DNA from: Felis catus
Lineage: Eukaryota
Assembly (NCBI RefSeq): GCF_018350175.1
Contig: NC_058383.1
Span: 5,148,001 to 5,212,000, forward strand
DNA: 64,000 nt
Direction of reading: 5' to 3'
The notes under the pieces were generated by a model. That model made no database searches, had not been told where the DNA came from, and saw only the letters and a program-made list of their open reading frames with translations. This document shows, piece by piece, positions 47,144 through 59,992 of the stretch. The position numbers and the translations under genes are program-made. Each line of letters begins with the position of its first letter. Position 1 is the first letter of the stretch.

Positions 47144-49052
47144 CTAGAAAGCAAAGATCAGGAAAGAGATTTTAATGACGGTTTTGCAGAATGTTTCGTG
47201 CCTGCTGCTGGGTGGGCGCAAGCGATTACAATCAGAACCCCTTCTCGGCGGCTGGGTGCTCGCTGCCCGAAATCCGTCCCCGCACGGGACGAGGACGAGA
47301 CGAGCCGGCGCGCGCTGTCGCCAAGCCTTCTACTGGAAACAAGACCTTCCGTGATGGCTGAGATGCGCCGTGCCCGTGGGGACGGGGCCCTCTCCGCCCA
47401 CACCCATCAGCACTGTCCCCGCAGGAGAGAGCGGATCTCAGGCCAAAGAAACCAGGCAGCGTGTCGTGGGGCCGGAAGACGGGAGTCTGACAGGTCAAGT
47501 TACCAGGAACAGGGGACACGTGGCAGGTGGGCCACAGGGTCTGTCATCCTCAGCCAGAAGACAGGGATGTTTGGCATGGAAGGCCAAGCAGGTGGTCCCT
47601 GTCCCTGAAGAGGACAGGATGGGACAGGCACGCGGATTCCTCCGTCTGCTCTCCCCGGAAGCGCTGACCGCACACCAGCCTTCGAGTGCCATCGCCCAGG
47701 ACACAAAGGGCCACCGCTCAACACAGAGGTGTATCGCAGCCCCTAGGGACACACGTGTGGCCCCCAAATGCCAACGGCTCAGGCTCACACTCAACCCGTT
47801 TTCCCTCCGGAGCCACCAATGTGTGCTGGCGGCCACCGACCGTGGTCCTCACCAGGCACCTGCAGCCCGGCGGGGGGGGGGGGGGGGGGTTGGCAACAGG
47901 CAGAACGGCTGGGACACCGCCCACCACTTCCTCCCAAGTACTAGGCTGTGGTCAGAAGGGACTTGACCCTCACCAGGCCAAGCCCCTTTCCCAAATCACC
48001 AAAAGGGTCACGGGACACCGATCTGAAACTCCGTATCATCAACACCTTAAAAAAAGCCCAGGACAGACAACGGCCCCGCGTCACCGTCTGGCCGGCCACG
48101 GCCACGCTTCTCTGCCCCGAGCCTCCCATGTCCCTCCCGCTGGGACACTGCCTCCCTCACGCTCGGGGCCCATCTGTCCCTCCTTGGTCAACAACCACAC
48201 CGACCGGATGCCACTGGAGGGACCGGTCTGCCCTCAAAACACACAACCAAAGGGCCTCTGGGTCACCAAGAAGACGCATCAAAGTCCCAAGAGCACACCT
48301 CAGGCGTCTGGGGCCGTTTGTACAAAAGGCCAGAGGACAACCATCTTCCCCTTCGGGTGCCTCCAGCCATTTAAAACCCGGAAAGCCTTTCTTAGCTGGC
48401 AGGCCACACGGGGACCAGCGGGGACACCTCGCCCGGCCCGTGGGTCACCCGCACAAACCGGATCGAGGGACGGGGGCGGCTTTAAGTGCGGTGTGAGGAC
48501 AGAGGGCGGAGACAGCGGCGCAAGGCGGTAAGAATCCAGCCCCCGCGGCGCCCCGGCCTGGGGGGAGCGCGCAGCAGGAGCCAGCGCCCCGCAGTCCAGG
48601 TGCCCCGAGAGGCCAGGCCGGCCGACAGCGACAGCGGATGTTCCTAATGACCCGAGCCCTCGAACTGAGTTTAAGCTCGCACTCCGAGGTCTAGAGGTTT
48701 AAGAAAGAAAATACCGTGAAAACGTTTCTATCAGAAATGGCTTAGAAACAGAAGTTCTGGTCCTTCGGGAGCCACACACACACCCCCAGAGCCACAACCT
48801 CCAGCGGCCTCGTCACAGAGGCTCTGCTGAGCCCGGCTCCACGTCACCGAGGTTCTCCATCAGCACTAAGGGACCGGTTCCGGGTCCCCACACCGCGCCA
48901 CCGAAGCCCGCGCTCTGCCTGGGAGCCGGGGCTGGACCGGGGCGGCGGGGCTCCTACCGAAGGGTCCACCCTCTCGTGCCACGTGAGGGTCTCTTCCCGC
49001 GTGTCAGCGAGAAATCGTTTCTATATTCTTAATTCCAAGTATCGCCTCTTAC

Positions 49053-49354
49053 CCTGGCCACACTCAGACAGAGGACACCTGTCATCCCTGCTTCCCATCC
49101 TTAAATGTTTTCTCTTCTCACAGAAAGGCCCAACGCCTTCCAGAGGCGGCCCATCAGTGAGGGGGAAAGCGCCGTCCGTTCTCCGGAAACGGTCAACAGT
49201 CTCATGGCTGGCGGCCTTGGGGAGGTGTGGCTCTGAGTCTTTGACAAAGTCCTCGGATTTCCTTGAGTGCCTCTTCTTTTTCTTCTTCTTTTTTTTGTGT
49301 CTGTGGAGGTCGGCATCAGAGCACGCGACCGAAAGATCGGAATCCTGCTGATGC
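49053..49354 (-). CDS. USP42: USP42 exon 16 (302 nt): (R)[32 protein letters not shown]...LSECGQ(G); read-through of the donor extends the CDS to a stop at 49021
   Basis: Minus acceptor attcctctgcag, donor CAGG|gtaaga; ORF 49021..49497. Confidence 0.92.
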
Positions 49355-49451
49355 CTGCAGAGGAATAAGCCACAACTCAAACCACCACAAAACCAAAACC
49401 GCCTCAGACAGGCCCGGTCCTTGGCCTTGCACCCGCCACCGCAGACCCTCG

Positions 49452-49452
<1 letters not shown>

Positions 49453-49497
<45 letters not shown>
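49453..49497. repeat. (CA)n microsatellite, about 22 units
   Basis: Perfect run about 100 nt upstream (minus sense) of the USP42 exon 16 acceptor. Confidence 0.97.
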
Positions 49498-49499
<2 letters not shown>

Positions 49500-50402
49500 C
49501 GGTGAATCCTACCCGACGCTGTGCTGCGCTGCCCGCAGGGGATTTTCAAGTCCCGGGTGTCCGGGTGTAAAGTCACCAACCCGGACCCCACCTGCCCTGC
49601 CTTCCGCTCTGCCCCGGGGCTGAGGTGGTCGGCCACAGGTCCAGAGGAAGGGTTTCGCTAACTTCTCTGAAACCAGTGGCTGAGGGGAAAAAATGCTTTT
49701 GCCGGGAGCCTCAGGCACCGAGGAGGGAGGGAGGTCCCCCTCGGGTAAGGGCGGCTGTCTACCTACGGCTCCCGGTGATCCTGCCCCGGGGTCTCCGTCT
49801 CGAGAGGCGTCACATCTCTAGTTAAGACGCGTAGCAACGCCGCATCGTGCTCAGTCATCTCGTCACGGAGAAGTCATTTTCCAGACAATCTCTGACCCGT
49901 TTAGCTTTTTAAAAATACAAAAACAAGCTTCCCGACTAGACTGCAAACTGAGACACGGAGCCAGAGGAACGGACCAGGCCGAGGCGACAGGTGCTCGTCC
50001 CGGACCCGCGCCGTCGGCGGGCCGGCAAACGCCGAGGGACGGTGGCCTCCTCTGCCCGCCCCGCCTGGCGGTCCCTGAGTTGGCAGGAAACGTTAACGGG
50101 TAGGAAAACGGGAACTACGTCTGCCGAGTAAGATTACGAACACCGGTTACGAGGTCAGAGGCTCCCAAGTTCTCACGCACAGACCACCGCACACGTACTC
50201 CCGCGGATTATCGAGCGCGGACCTAAACCGGCATCGTTTTGGAAAAAGAGGTTTGTAGGCACTTTCCGATCCCGTGAAGTAAGATACGGCTTACAGGCGG
50301 GGCTGCAGCCCGCAGAGATCTACGGCAGGGGACTCCGGGGCCCGCGGAGGTGGGGACGCGGCGCAGGAAGCGGACACGGGGCGCCGGCGGCCTCTCCCTC
50401 AC

Positions 50403-51890
50403 CTGGAATCTCGGTCTCGGTGTTTGTCTTTGGATTTCTTTTTCTTCTTTGATTTTTTGTGCTTCTTCGCTTTCGGCTCTTCTAAAGGCTCCTTCTGTGC
50501 GCCTCTCCAGGCTCTCTTTTCTCCGCGACCGTCGCCGTTTTCCAGGCTGTCGTACCTCCGTTTCCGCGACTTGACGTTCTCGTGGTCGTGAAACCGGCCG
50601 GCGAGGTCACAGGGGTCGTCTTCGGCTCCAGGCGCGAGCTTCTCGTGGGGGTGCTTCTCGGGGTAGGGGAGGGGCGCGGGGGGCGGGCCGGCGCGGGGGC
50701 TGAAGCGGTGCCGACCCTTCCCCTTAGCGGCCGCCTCGCAGCCCTTCCTGCTCCTGTAGCAGTCCCGGTAGGGCCGGCCGGGCGCGGCCGCCTTGTCGTA
50801 CGGGCGCTCGTGGAAGGGCCTCCACTCCCGCGCCGCGTACAGGGCGTACCTGTCGTGGTAATACCGGCACTTGTCCCAGCGCAGCTTCTCGGGGTAGTAC
50901 TTCTCCCGGGCCCAGGGGTGCTCGCCCTCCGAGTGGCGGTACCGGCCCCACTCCTGCTCCGAGCCGCCCCGGCTCCGAGGGTGGTGGTGGCCGTACCTGG
51001 CCAGGGAGCGCGGCTCGCCGGGGCTGGCCCGCTCGCCGTGGCAGGGGTGGTGCTGGCTCCCGCCGCAGTGCTCCGTCCTGTAGCGGTCCTGCCTGGGCCG
51101 CTCCCTCGTGTACGAGCGCCGCTTTCGGTGGTAGCGGTCCTCGGTCTTGCTCCGGCTCTCCCTCGCGCGTTCTCCGCTGGAGGAACGATCTCTTCGGTTG
51201 CGATAATGTCCTCGGTCGACTCTTCTGAGGATACCGATTTTTTCCTTAACCGGAGAGCGATCTGGAACTTTCTGTCCCACCTTATTTTCTTCACGTTTTT
51301 CACCGTGACTCTGCTCGGGGCCCCCTTCCGAGCGACGCTCTGTACCCGTGTCTACTTGGGGAGAGGGGAGGTCGGCGGCGGCGGCGGCCGCGCCCGCGCC
51401 CTTCCAAGGGCCCTCCGTGTCCGTGTCTGCGCGCTTGTCTCCGCTGACGCAGAAGGGCTCGTGCTCGCAGGCGCCCTCGGAACGAGCCGGGGGACTTGGG
51501 CTCGAACCCTGCGCCGCCTCCACGGCGGCGGCCGAGGCCCGCGGGCTGTCTGTGCGCGTCCCTGATGCAGCCTGGGCTGGTCTGCTCTGGTCGTCTGTTA
51601 AATCCCCGGGGCCGCACGGCTTAGGGAGCGGATCGTCCCCCGCGCCGTTCCTGGTGCTGCCGCAGAGATCGTCGGCACCGGGCGAAAACTCCTCGGGTTT
51701 TGCTGCAATGTTTTCAGAGACTTCTTCTTTGGTAGATTGGATGCTGGGGTCCGAGGGTGGCAAGGCCTTCTTTAATTTGCTGCTAAGACTCGTGAGCGTC
51801 TCCGGTTTCTCCCGGGAATCAGGAGAGGGGCTGCCAGGCTCGAGCTCTGCGCCGGGACCCTCTGCAGGACCTTCCTCGGTTCCAGGTGAA
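50403..51890 (-). CDS. USP42: USP42 exon 15 (1488 nt): Pro/Ala-rich, then Arg/His-rich and Lys-rich low-complexity region
   Basis: ORF 50399..51973; minus acceptor ggggctgcag|TTCACCT, donor CCAG|gtgagg; phase 2 to 2. Confidence 0.93.
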
Positions 51891-52723
51891 CTGCAGCCCC
51901 GGCAAAACAGAGAAATCGACACATCAGTCATTGGCTCCATTGTTCTAGAGCCCACGGGGACAAAAACTTCCAAGACCTTCGTTGACTAAATGATCTATGC
52001 CTTTAACATACCTGGCTCTACTCGATATGGGGCTTCTCCATTTTGGAAATTTCGGCATTTTCCCTTTCCCTCGTTAAATAAAAATAAAAATCTTCCTATG
52101 AGGCTCATCTACTATCCCGCTTCTCAGCTACGGTAACTCTGCAGTTCTAGGCTCCTTCTGTCTTCAGATACACTTCTAATCCCTAGTACCTATGAGGCAT
52201 CGGGAAAGCAGGACGATGGCTGGAGGCTCGGACTTTCCTCCTGCATCTCTCCTGAGCCTCAGAGCTAGAGTTGCTGCCTCCCAACAGAGCCAACGGCTCC
52301 TTGAACTACTTATGAACTGGGAGCCATCAGGGAGGCTTCAGAAAACCTTCCTGTGGTGAACGAACTCTGCCCTCGACTGCTACAGAGCTCCCGAGGCATC
52401 GTCAAGGTTAATGCAAGTTGGCAGCAAACGATAAAAACCCTACAGTGGCCCCACTTTTTTGTGGGAAGATACCTGGGAGAGAGAACACAGATGAGATCAG
52501 TACAGGACAAGTTACCTCCAGCACGTCAGTGAGATTCTTGAGCCCGCGTGTACACACCCACTGCGTTACGATACACGCGTGGCTGTGTTTCTACAACCAT
52601 CTACGGCCATCCTCACACACATTACATTTGGGGGCAAACTAAGCTAGACTAGGAGAGAAACAACAGGAGAGTCATTACAAAGTCACTGAGGGTTCAGGCT
52701 GTCTCCTCTTTAAGGTAAACTGG

Positions 52724-52960
52724 AGGGACGCCTGGGTGGCTCAGTCGGCTGGGCATCCGACTCGTGTTCGGCTCATGTCTTGATCTCGCGGTCTGTGGGT
52801 CTGGGCCCCGCGTCGGGCTCTGTGCTGGCAGCTCAGAGCCCGAAGCCTGCTTGGGATTCTGTGTCTCCCTCTCTCTCTGCCCCTCCCCTGCTGTGCTCCA
52901 TCTCTCTCTCTCTCAAAAATAAACATTAAGAAAATAAAATTAAAAATTAAAAAAATATAC
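52724..52960 (+). mobile_element. CAN-SINE in USP42 intron 14
   Basis: gggacgcctgggtggctcagtcgg head, CT region and A-rich tail. Confidence 0.88.
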
Positions 52961-53423
52961 ATACCAATTAAAAAAACAAAACATTAAATGGGGAGATACA
53001 CCCTCATCTATGAATGCAATTTCAGAATTGTACAAGGAGCATAACAAAATATTTGCAACTTGGTAGAGTCGAGAAGCCCTGCCCTATACCCTCAACGAGT
53101 CTTCAGTGTGTTTGTCATTAGAAGGATTAAGTGAGACAGTCAGTGCTAGCTGTCCGATTCAGAAGCGGGCTGTGACATCCCCAAGCCAGAGACACGAGGC
53201 TGAGCAGGAGGAAATGTTACCTCGAGGACATCGTTTTCATGGAAAAATTATCAGCCCGATAGATTTTTTCTTTCCTAAGAGGCACTTAACACATTCTACA
53301 GGTCATTCACATCGTTCACGGTAAGGTCCGCGCAGGTTCCCCAAGGCTCACGGGAAGGCTCACGCAGAGTTCACAGAGCGCACCCGCCGCGGGGTTTCGT
53401 TGCCTCGCTGTTGATCGTCTTAC

Positions 53424-53518
53424 CTTGTCTCTTCGGTGGCGCCTTTCACTTTGCTGCCGAGTTTGAAGGTCTCTAAGATGTTGTCTTCCGGGAGAGGGGG
53501 CAGGGGAGCGGGCATCGA
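53424..53518 (-). CDS. USP42: USP42 exon 14 (95 nt): [31 protein letters not shown](S)
   Basis: Minus acceptor ttttgttgtag, donor AAG|gtaaga; phases fit both neighbours. Confidence 0.9.
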
Positions 53519-53657
53519 CTACAACAAAAAACAAAGCTCTCTCAGCTCTAGCAGCCGCCGGGCGCCTCCTGAAATCCAGCCAAGCGAACGGCTGTACGTG
53601 AGAGTCGAGGCAAAGCTCCCCCCCCACCGCCCCCTGCCTGACCCCCAAAATGCTCAC

Positions 53658-54371
53658 CTTTCCGGGAAGACCGTTCGCCTTAGAAAAGGGATTTTCTGAG
53701 TGTAGGGCAGGCTGGACTGGGCAGCGGGCACCATCGCAGGGCAGACCGTTCTCTTTCAGGTCGCTGTCTGGACTGTCAGCACCATTTAGAGCGACAGGCT
53801 CTCGAAGCTCGAGCGGAGAGGCCTCGTCGTCTTCAGCATCCTGCACGGAAGAGTTCGAGCTCTCGATCGTACCGAGACCGTTCTCCTTGCCCAGGCCCTT
53901 TGCCTCCTCGTCAGACTCCTCGGACGACTCGGCACCGTAGGGCACCAGGACACTGGAGCGCAGCTTGGACTTGCCGTTCATCACAGGCTTAGAACAGGAC
54001 TCACTCGGGGTCATCTGCTTCGTGACTTTGCTAGAAACTGCTGTCATAGATGCGCTCGAGGTAGACTGCATTGCAGAACTGGTGACGGTGGAGGAGGGAA
54101 CCGGCTTGCTCGGGGTGTCCAGAGAAGGGCCGTGAAGGCTGGGCTGAGACTGGCCTTGGCGAACAGGTAACTTGTTGTGAATACTGATCGTGATTTTTTG
54201 TTTCTTGGGATGCTCTGGAATCACAGAGGGCCTGTTAACGGACCAGTTCTGAACAGAAGTCGAAGCATTAACAGACCCGGCCCGGCTGACACTGGAATTT
54301 CCACTAGGACTTGACATGGAGCTGCTCGGTGCTTCTTTCAATGGTCCGGTCCCATTTAAGTGAGGTGGGTT
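53658..54371 (-). CDS. USP42: USP42 exon 13 (714 nt): [18 protein letters not shown]...[15 protein letters not shown]...KANGLPGK
   Basis: ORF 53316..54341; minus acceptor ctttcttccag, donor AAG|gtgagc. Confidence 0.93.
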
Positions 54372-54946
54372 CTGGAAGAAAGAAGACCTCAGCTGCTGAG
54401 AGCCTCAGGGATGGTCACAGACACAGCACCCACTCTGGTGGGGGGCCCTTCCCATCTTGCTCATCTTTTTCTTTTTTGGAATACCAAGTTCCCCACACCG
54501 AGAAACACCCCCTCCTCTTGTCCACTCCCGACCACCATGAACTTTCCATGGGTTAATCAACACACTGGGACAACTATTGCTGCCAGAGAGCAACCCCAGA
54601 CCGGATCCTTTCTGCTCCAATCTGACAGAAACGAACAGGCCCCCTGAAGCACGGAGACGCGTACGTTCACCTCGGTTGTGTTTCTCGGGAGCCCAATGCC
54701 GTACAGACAGAGTGCCAGCCCGTGGAGGGTTACCACTGGCCAAGGGAGCCGGGGAGACGGGTCACACGGGCAGACACGCCAGAGCCGCTTCAGGCACCAT
54801 GCCCCCCGCCTGCCCTGTCACCTCTGAATCCTACTCACAGGTGTTTTGCTCCAGACCCCACCCGCGCTGCTCTAACCTCGAGGGGCAAACTGGCAGTCAC
54901 GGGTGAGACCTCGTTCACAGAGCAGTTCTGTTTGGTCTTCGCGAAG

Positions 54947-55184
54947 TTTTTTTTTTTTTTTTTTTTTTTAATTTTTTTTTTAACGTTTATTTATTTTTGG
55001 GACAGAGAGAGACAGAGCATGAACGGGGGAGGGGCAGAGAGAGAGGGAGACACAGAATCGGAAGCAGGCTCCAGGCTCCGAGCCATCAGCCCAGAGCCCG
55101 ACGCGGGGCTCGAACTCACGGACCGCGAGATCGTGACCTGAGCTGAAGTCGGACGCTTAACCGACTGAGCCACCCAGGCGCCCC
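54947..55184 (-). mobile_element. Young felid CAN-SINE with TSD
   Basis: TSD ttcgcgaagtttt on both sides; CpGs intact. Confidence 0.93.
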
Positions 55185-56029
55185 TTTCGCGAAGTTTTCT
55201 TAAAGAAACACCGGAAGGCTTCACGGGAAGGAAAACCAAACACCTCGAACCATCAGTATTAGCCACCTGCCACACGGGGCACGTGCTCTCCAGCTGGCCA
55301 GTGTCCTGATGTCACTGTTAAGCAGAGCCCGGTGCGGGAGCCCGTGATCTTCCCAGCTCCCAGAGGCATCTGATTTGTGACTCTGGCTCCATCCCAAACC
55401 CCGTCCGACGTCCATAAAACACAGCGTACAGCTCGACAGTCTGTCGATTCAAAACAAACTACACTCGAACTGAAAGGCCGGTAAAGCCGCAGTCTGGGTG
55501 GCGGGGGCGGTTCCACACGCGGGCCGGCTGTCCGCAGTCACCACAGAAGGTGAGCACAAGTCCGGCCTTCCCTCCTGTAGACTCGGGCGGCTTGTCACCC
55601 AAGCAGATCACGGATTCTCCAAGAGGCCACTGGGGAGTGTGCCCGACCCAGCTGGATGGCGGACAGAGCCACACTACTCAGGGGCTAGACGGACATACGG
55701 AAAGTATTCTTTTTGTGAAAGGGTCACTCTCCTGGAGTCTGGCACTCACCCGCCAAAGATTTAGTCCCCGAAGTGAACGCAAGTCCAAAGTGAGAGCTAA
55801 AAGCTCTAGCATTTAAACCTACTTATACCCGGACTTTTTTCCTCATCATTACTTCCACACACTGGAATCTGTATGTTTGAAGTATTTTATAAAACACGGC
55901 TGGAAGAATCTTTTCGGACAAGAAATCCAGTCGTACCAGGACGCGGCAACTGCTGCAACGTTAGCAAGAGGCTCTGAACGACGCGAAAGCAAACACAACA
56001 CAGAGATGATGCTACCTGTGCAACCTTAC

Positions 56030-56183
56030 CTTTATCACATGAGAGGGAAGCTGTGGTCCCATAAACCCTGATGCGGCCTGTTTGTTGCCGACAACCCGCT
56101 GGCTGATTACGGGTCGGGGCGAGGACTGGCCGGGGCTGTGAGTGGAATGCGTGAGTTCACCTCCATTTTTCACATCGTGGGAC
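56030..56183 (-). CDS. USP42: USP42 exon 12 (154 nt): (R)[51 protein letters not shown]
   Basis: Minus acceptor tctgtccccag, donor AAG|gtaagg. Confidence 0.92.
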
Positions 56184-56697
56184 CTGGGGACAGACAGTGA
56201 CAGCGCTTAGGGTTTCGCAGCGCATCTTCCCAGGAAAGGTTCATCTCTAGCCCCTCATGGGTAGCTACGATGCAGAGCTTTGCGCAGGGTCCCCTCTGGG
56301 TCAAGGTGGGCGGCAGGTGCTCACAACAAAGGTAAGTGTGCAAAGGTTTTGTTCTTTTAATTTCAGTTTTAAGCAATCTCCACACCCAACGTGGGACTCG
56401 AACTCCCATCAGACGGTATTTTAAATTGTGTATTCCGAAGATGACGCTGCCTGAAGGATATTTTCCTTTTCTGTTTGCATTTTTTCTAATTATAAATACA
56501 TGCCATTACAGAAAATCTGCATCCAGAAGTTAGGAAAAAAAAAATACTGTGCCTCGGCTCACCCATCAGAGACGTCTACTATTCAGATTTACTGGAATAT
56601 TCTCCAAGCTTTAGCCTATCATCATGTTTTCAATACCAGTGTGAAAAATTTCAAATTGCTTTTTTCTCCGTATATATTGAGCTTTCTTGTATCATTT

Positions 56698-56728
<31 letters not shown>

Positions 56729-56730
56729 CT

Positions 56731-56935
56731 GGGGCATCTGGGTGGCCCAGATTAAGCCTCCGGCTTCGGCTCAGGTCATCATCTCGTGGCTCGGGAGTTC
56801 GATCCCCGCATCGGGCTCTGAGCTTGACAGCTCAGAGCCTGGAGCCTGCTTGGGTTTCTGTGTCTCCCTCTCTCTCTGCTCCTCCCCTGCCCGTGCTCTC
56901 TCAAAAATAAACAAACGTCAAAATTTTTTAAAAAG
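56731..56935 (+). mobile_element. CAN-SINE
   Basis: ggggcatctgggtggcccag head; TSD-like aaaaaggca. Confidence 0.87.
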
Positions 56936-57533
56936 GCATCATAAAAATCATTTTTAACAGCTGCATAGCAGTCCGACACATGGATACGCTATAATTTATG
57001 AGCTCATCCTGCTGACGTCTGAGATTTTAGGATGTTCCCAGTTTTCGGCTACTATGAATGAACGCCACAGAGCAAACGTCAGTCGTTTTCCAAGGCCGTG
57101 CATTACCAGACACGGAATTAGTGAGTCAGAGTACGCAGCAGCCACAGGAGAAGAGTGAGTGGCGCCCACCCAAGCCCGGCCCAGGAGGGTCACCGGCTGC
57201 CTGTGCTCGGTGGTAGAGAGGCGCCCACACCCAGGTCCTCAGAGTCCCCCTTCTGGAGGCCTCCGTGCCCAGGCCCGAGCCGTTCGCCGCCAGCAGCAGC
57301 AGCCCCCCCTCCGCCATCACCTGCCCTTCCTCTGCGTGTTTCACCATCCACCTGCCAAGGAGCTGGGAGCTACATCAAACTCCTAATCTGTACTCAAAAC
57401 ACGGCCTTCCTTACTCTGTTGGCACCTCTGAGCTGCTGTTTTAAAAACAACCAAATTCTGAATTTAAATATGCTGATGAGATGAAGAGAAATGGCGTAAC
57501 AGAAAATGCAAAAATGTGTTTTCCTGAGGATAC

Positions 57534-57634
57534 CTGATATAAAAGAGTACGTAAGCTTGTTGACTGAGTACCGATCTAATATCACTGGTGGATACGATGG
57601 AGTCGTTCATTTGATACCAGAGGCCATTGCTAGC
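57534..57634 (-). CDS. USP42: USP42 exon 11 (101 nt): [33 protein letters not shown](R), catalytic Asn/Asp region
   Basis: Minus acceptor cttttgcag, donor CAG|gtatcc. Confidence 0.95.
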
Positions 57635-57807
57635 CTGCAAAAGAGCCAATAAAAGAGAGATTAGACAGCATGACAGAGGAAACACCAACCAAGAGAAATG
57701 TAAGAAGAATGGGCTCTCATGCTCTAACTGGGAAAGTCCCACCTTGCCCCCTAAGAATGCCAGTGCTGCCTTGAGAAACAGTTATTAGCCAAATCTGCAC
57801 AGCTTAC

Positions 57808-57948
57808 TTTGATGTAGCAGAAGTAGTGGCCAGCATGGCAGTTAAAGCCAGTGTGGACCAGTACTGCATACAGGACATAAATAATCGGTTCCCCGTTTGG
57901 TTGAGACATGTACGGTCGGATGTCAAGGTACTCAGGGTATTTCACATC
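57808..57948 (-). CDS. USP42: USP42 exon 10 (141 nt): [47 protein letters not shown], His box
   Basis: Minus acceptor ttctgtttag, donor AAA|gtaagc. Confidence 0.96.
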
Positions 57949-58730
57949 CTAAACAGAAACGGAGAAGGGAAAAAGGAACATCATTTCCGAGGGCACAGAT
58001 CACTCTGCACAAGCACGTGGAGACCCGCGGAGACCTAACACGCTGAGCTGCGTGTCAGAAGACATGACTGGCCCGGAGCCCGCCTGCGCCCGCACCTATT
58101 CACCGTGCTCCCACTGTATTCTTGATTTCCTCTAAACACACGAGGATCTCATCTTAAGTGAATCGTCTGAACCCGTCTGAGAGACAGCGAGCAGTGGTAC
58201 GCTACCTCTGGACTTTCGTCTCACTTACTTCTACTATTTCAGGAAGAGACTGTGGTGTCTCTTGCATGCTACTCATTTCTGATACTTTCACTCTTCGGAA
58301 AGTAAAAAGAAAACAGGCAAATTCAGCGTGCTGCCATCAAAAACCACGAACAAAGAGGAAAACACACTTTGGCGAAAAGAGTGCGAGATCCAGCAGGGAC
58401 GTCCTCTTTGGATTTCAAATGACACCAGCTCTCCCTGTCTGTCCCCACCTTCACTGACGCTGAAGCCCAAACGCACACCACAGGCACCAGTTTTATCATC
58501 ACAGAGTCTAGCCAGCTAAAGCAGACAGAAAGTACATACGCTCATAAACACACAGACCATCACTAGCACAACGCTTTGACGGTTTTTCGCCCACGACCGA
58601 ATACTAGAAGAACTTAGAAGATCCGGTCACAGAACTGTTCAGCTAGGTCATTTATAACCCTTACTAGTCACTGACACTTAAGTCTTGAAAGACTCAACAT
58701 AAGAAGTTATTAATAATATTATCAACATAC

Positions 58731-58842
58731 CTTAGCGATTTTTCCACCAGTAAAATTTGCAAACCGTTTCAGAGAAAGTGTAAGAACATTAGAGGATCTG
58801 TGTATAGTAAACCTCTTAGAAGCTGGAACCATCTTTTTACAC
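58731..58842 (-). CDS. USP42: USP42 exon 9 (112 nt): (K)[37 protein letters not shown]
   Basis: Minus acceptor ttcatttcaag, donor AAG|gtatgt. Confidence 0.94.
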
Positions 58843-58875
58843 CTTGAAATGAACAGAAACAAAGGATCAGGAAGG

Positions 58876-59005
58876 CATGTATATACATATATACACATAT
58901 ATATACACACACACACACATATATATACACGTGCATATATATGTACACACACACACGTATATATACACACGTGTATGTGTGTGTGTGTGTGTATATATGT
59001 GTTGT

Positions 59006-59052
<47 letters not shown>
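58876..59052. repeat. Compound (TA)/(CA)/(TG) microsatellite
   Basis: About 175 bp of alternating purine-pyrimidine dinucleotides. Confidence 0.95.
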
Positions 59053-59053
<1 letters not shown>

Positions 59054-59909
59054 TTTTGGTATTTTAGTCTTTCCCTGGTTATGTCTTTCAAACATTTCCC
59101 ACCAAACCCAAGAGAAAGATACTAGCTAAGAAACAGCAGCCTTCTCAACCAACAGCGAAGAAAATACTAAAACTTACAATACAGGGGAGATTGCTCAATT
59201 AGCATGAAAGAAAAAAGGAAGCTAGAACAATTTCCGAGAAGCCACACAGAAACTGGTAATTTTAAAATTAGGTTAATACAAACTTCTCTCGGTTCACAAC
59301 AAACTGAAATTTTCAGGCTGATACAATTCTTTGCAGACAAAGCCCTACCCACAGACAAAAGGAATAAAAGTGAAGATTAGAGTGTCCACGGAGTTTAAAC
59401 AAAGGAGAAATGCCTACGGTAGTAGGCAACTTCTTTCCTCGCAAAATGAGTACCTCATAGTGGTTACCTACACCACCTGACGCTAAAGTGAAAATCTATT
59501 AAAACCTATGAAATAGGACTTTCTTAAAATACAGGCTCTCTTGACTTCACGGGCAAACATATTAATGAGTAATCAAAACTAGAGGTTTCTAGCAGCGACT
59601 ACCCCAAATCCTGGGTAAGAACCAGAAAGAGCCTTAACTACCCCGGGTGAGGGGGACTCCCACTCCATCACCGCCTCCCCCGCCCGCCACGGACGGTTGC
59701 CCAGGCCGTGCCTTCCCACGCGGCGGCTGCCGTGTGCTTCCCGCTCCGGGCAAACCTGCCCAGGAAGGCGGCGCCCGCTGTGTCTCCCAAGGGCAACCCT
59801 CTCGAGAGAGTGAGCACTGAGACACCAGGCGTTGTGGCCCTCGAGGAAGGCGCCTTCCGGGCGACAGAAAAGCTAACGAGAGTCCGGCCCCGCCGCGCAG
59901 ACCACGTAC

Positions 59910-59992
59910 TTGCTGCACTTGTACGAGTTTTCCCCGTCGAGCTGCTCGGGCTTCACGAACTGCTCCAGCGCCTTGTTCACACTCTGAGCAGC
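59910..59992 (-). CDS. USP42: USP42 exon 8 (83 nt): [27 protein letters not shown](K)
   Basis: Minus acceptor ctctccccag, donor CAA|gtacgt. Confidence 0.94.

Noticed and set aside
47680..47800. Possible degenerate MER20-like fragment
   Set aside because: Similarity by eye too short and diverged to support a call.
47686..48531. 281-aa and neighbouring ORFs antisense in USP42 intron 16
   Set aside because: No homology cues; chance ORFs in GC-rich sequence.
50582..51989. Long + strand ORFs (327 aa, 213 aa) and a 273-aa alternative-frame - strand ORF over USP42 exon 15
   Set aside because: Expected shadows of a very GC-rich coding exon; no recognisable domains or independent gene structure.
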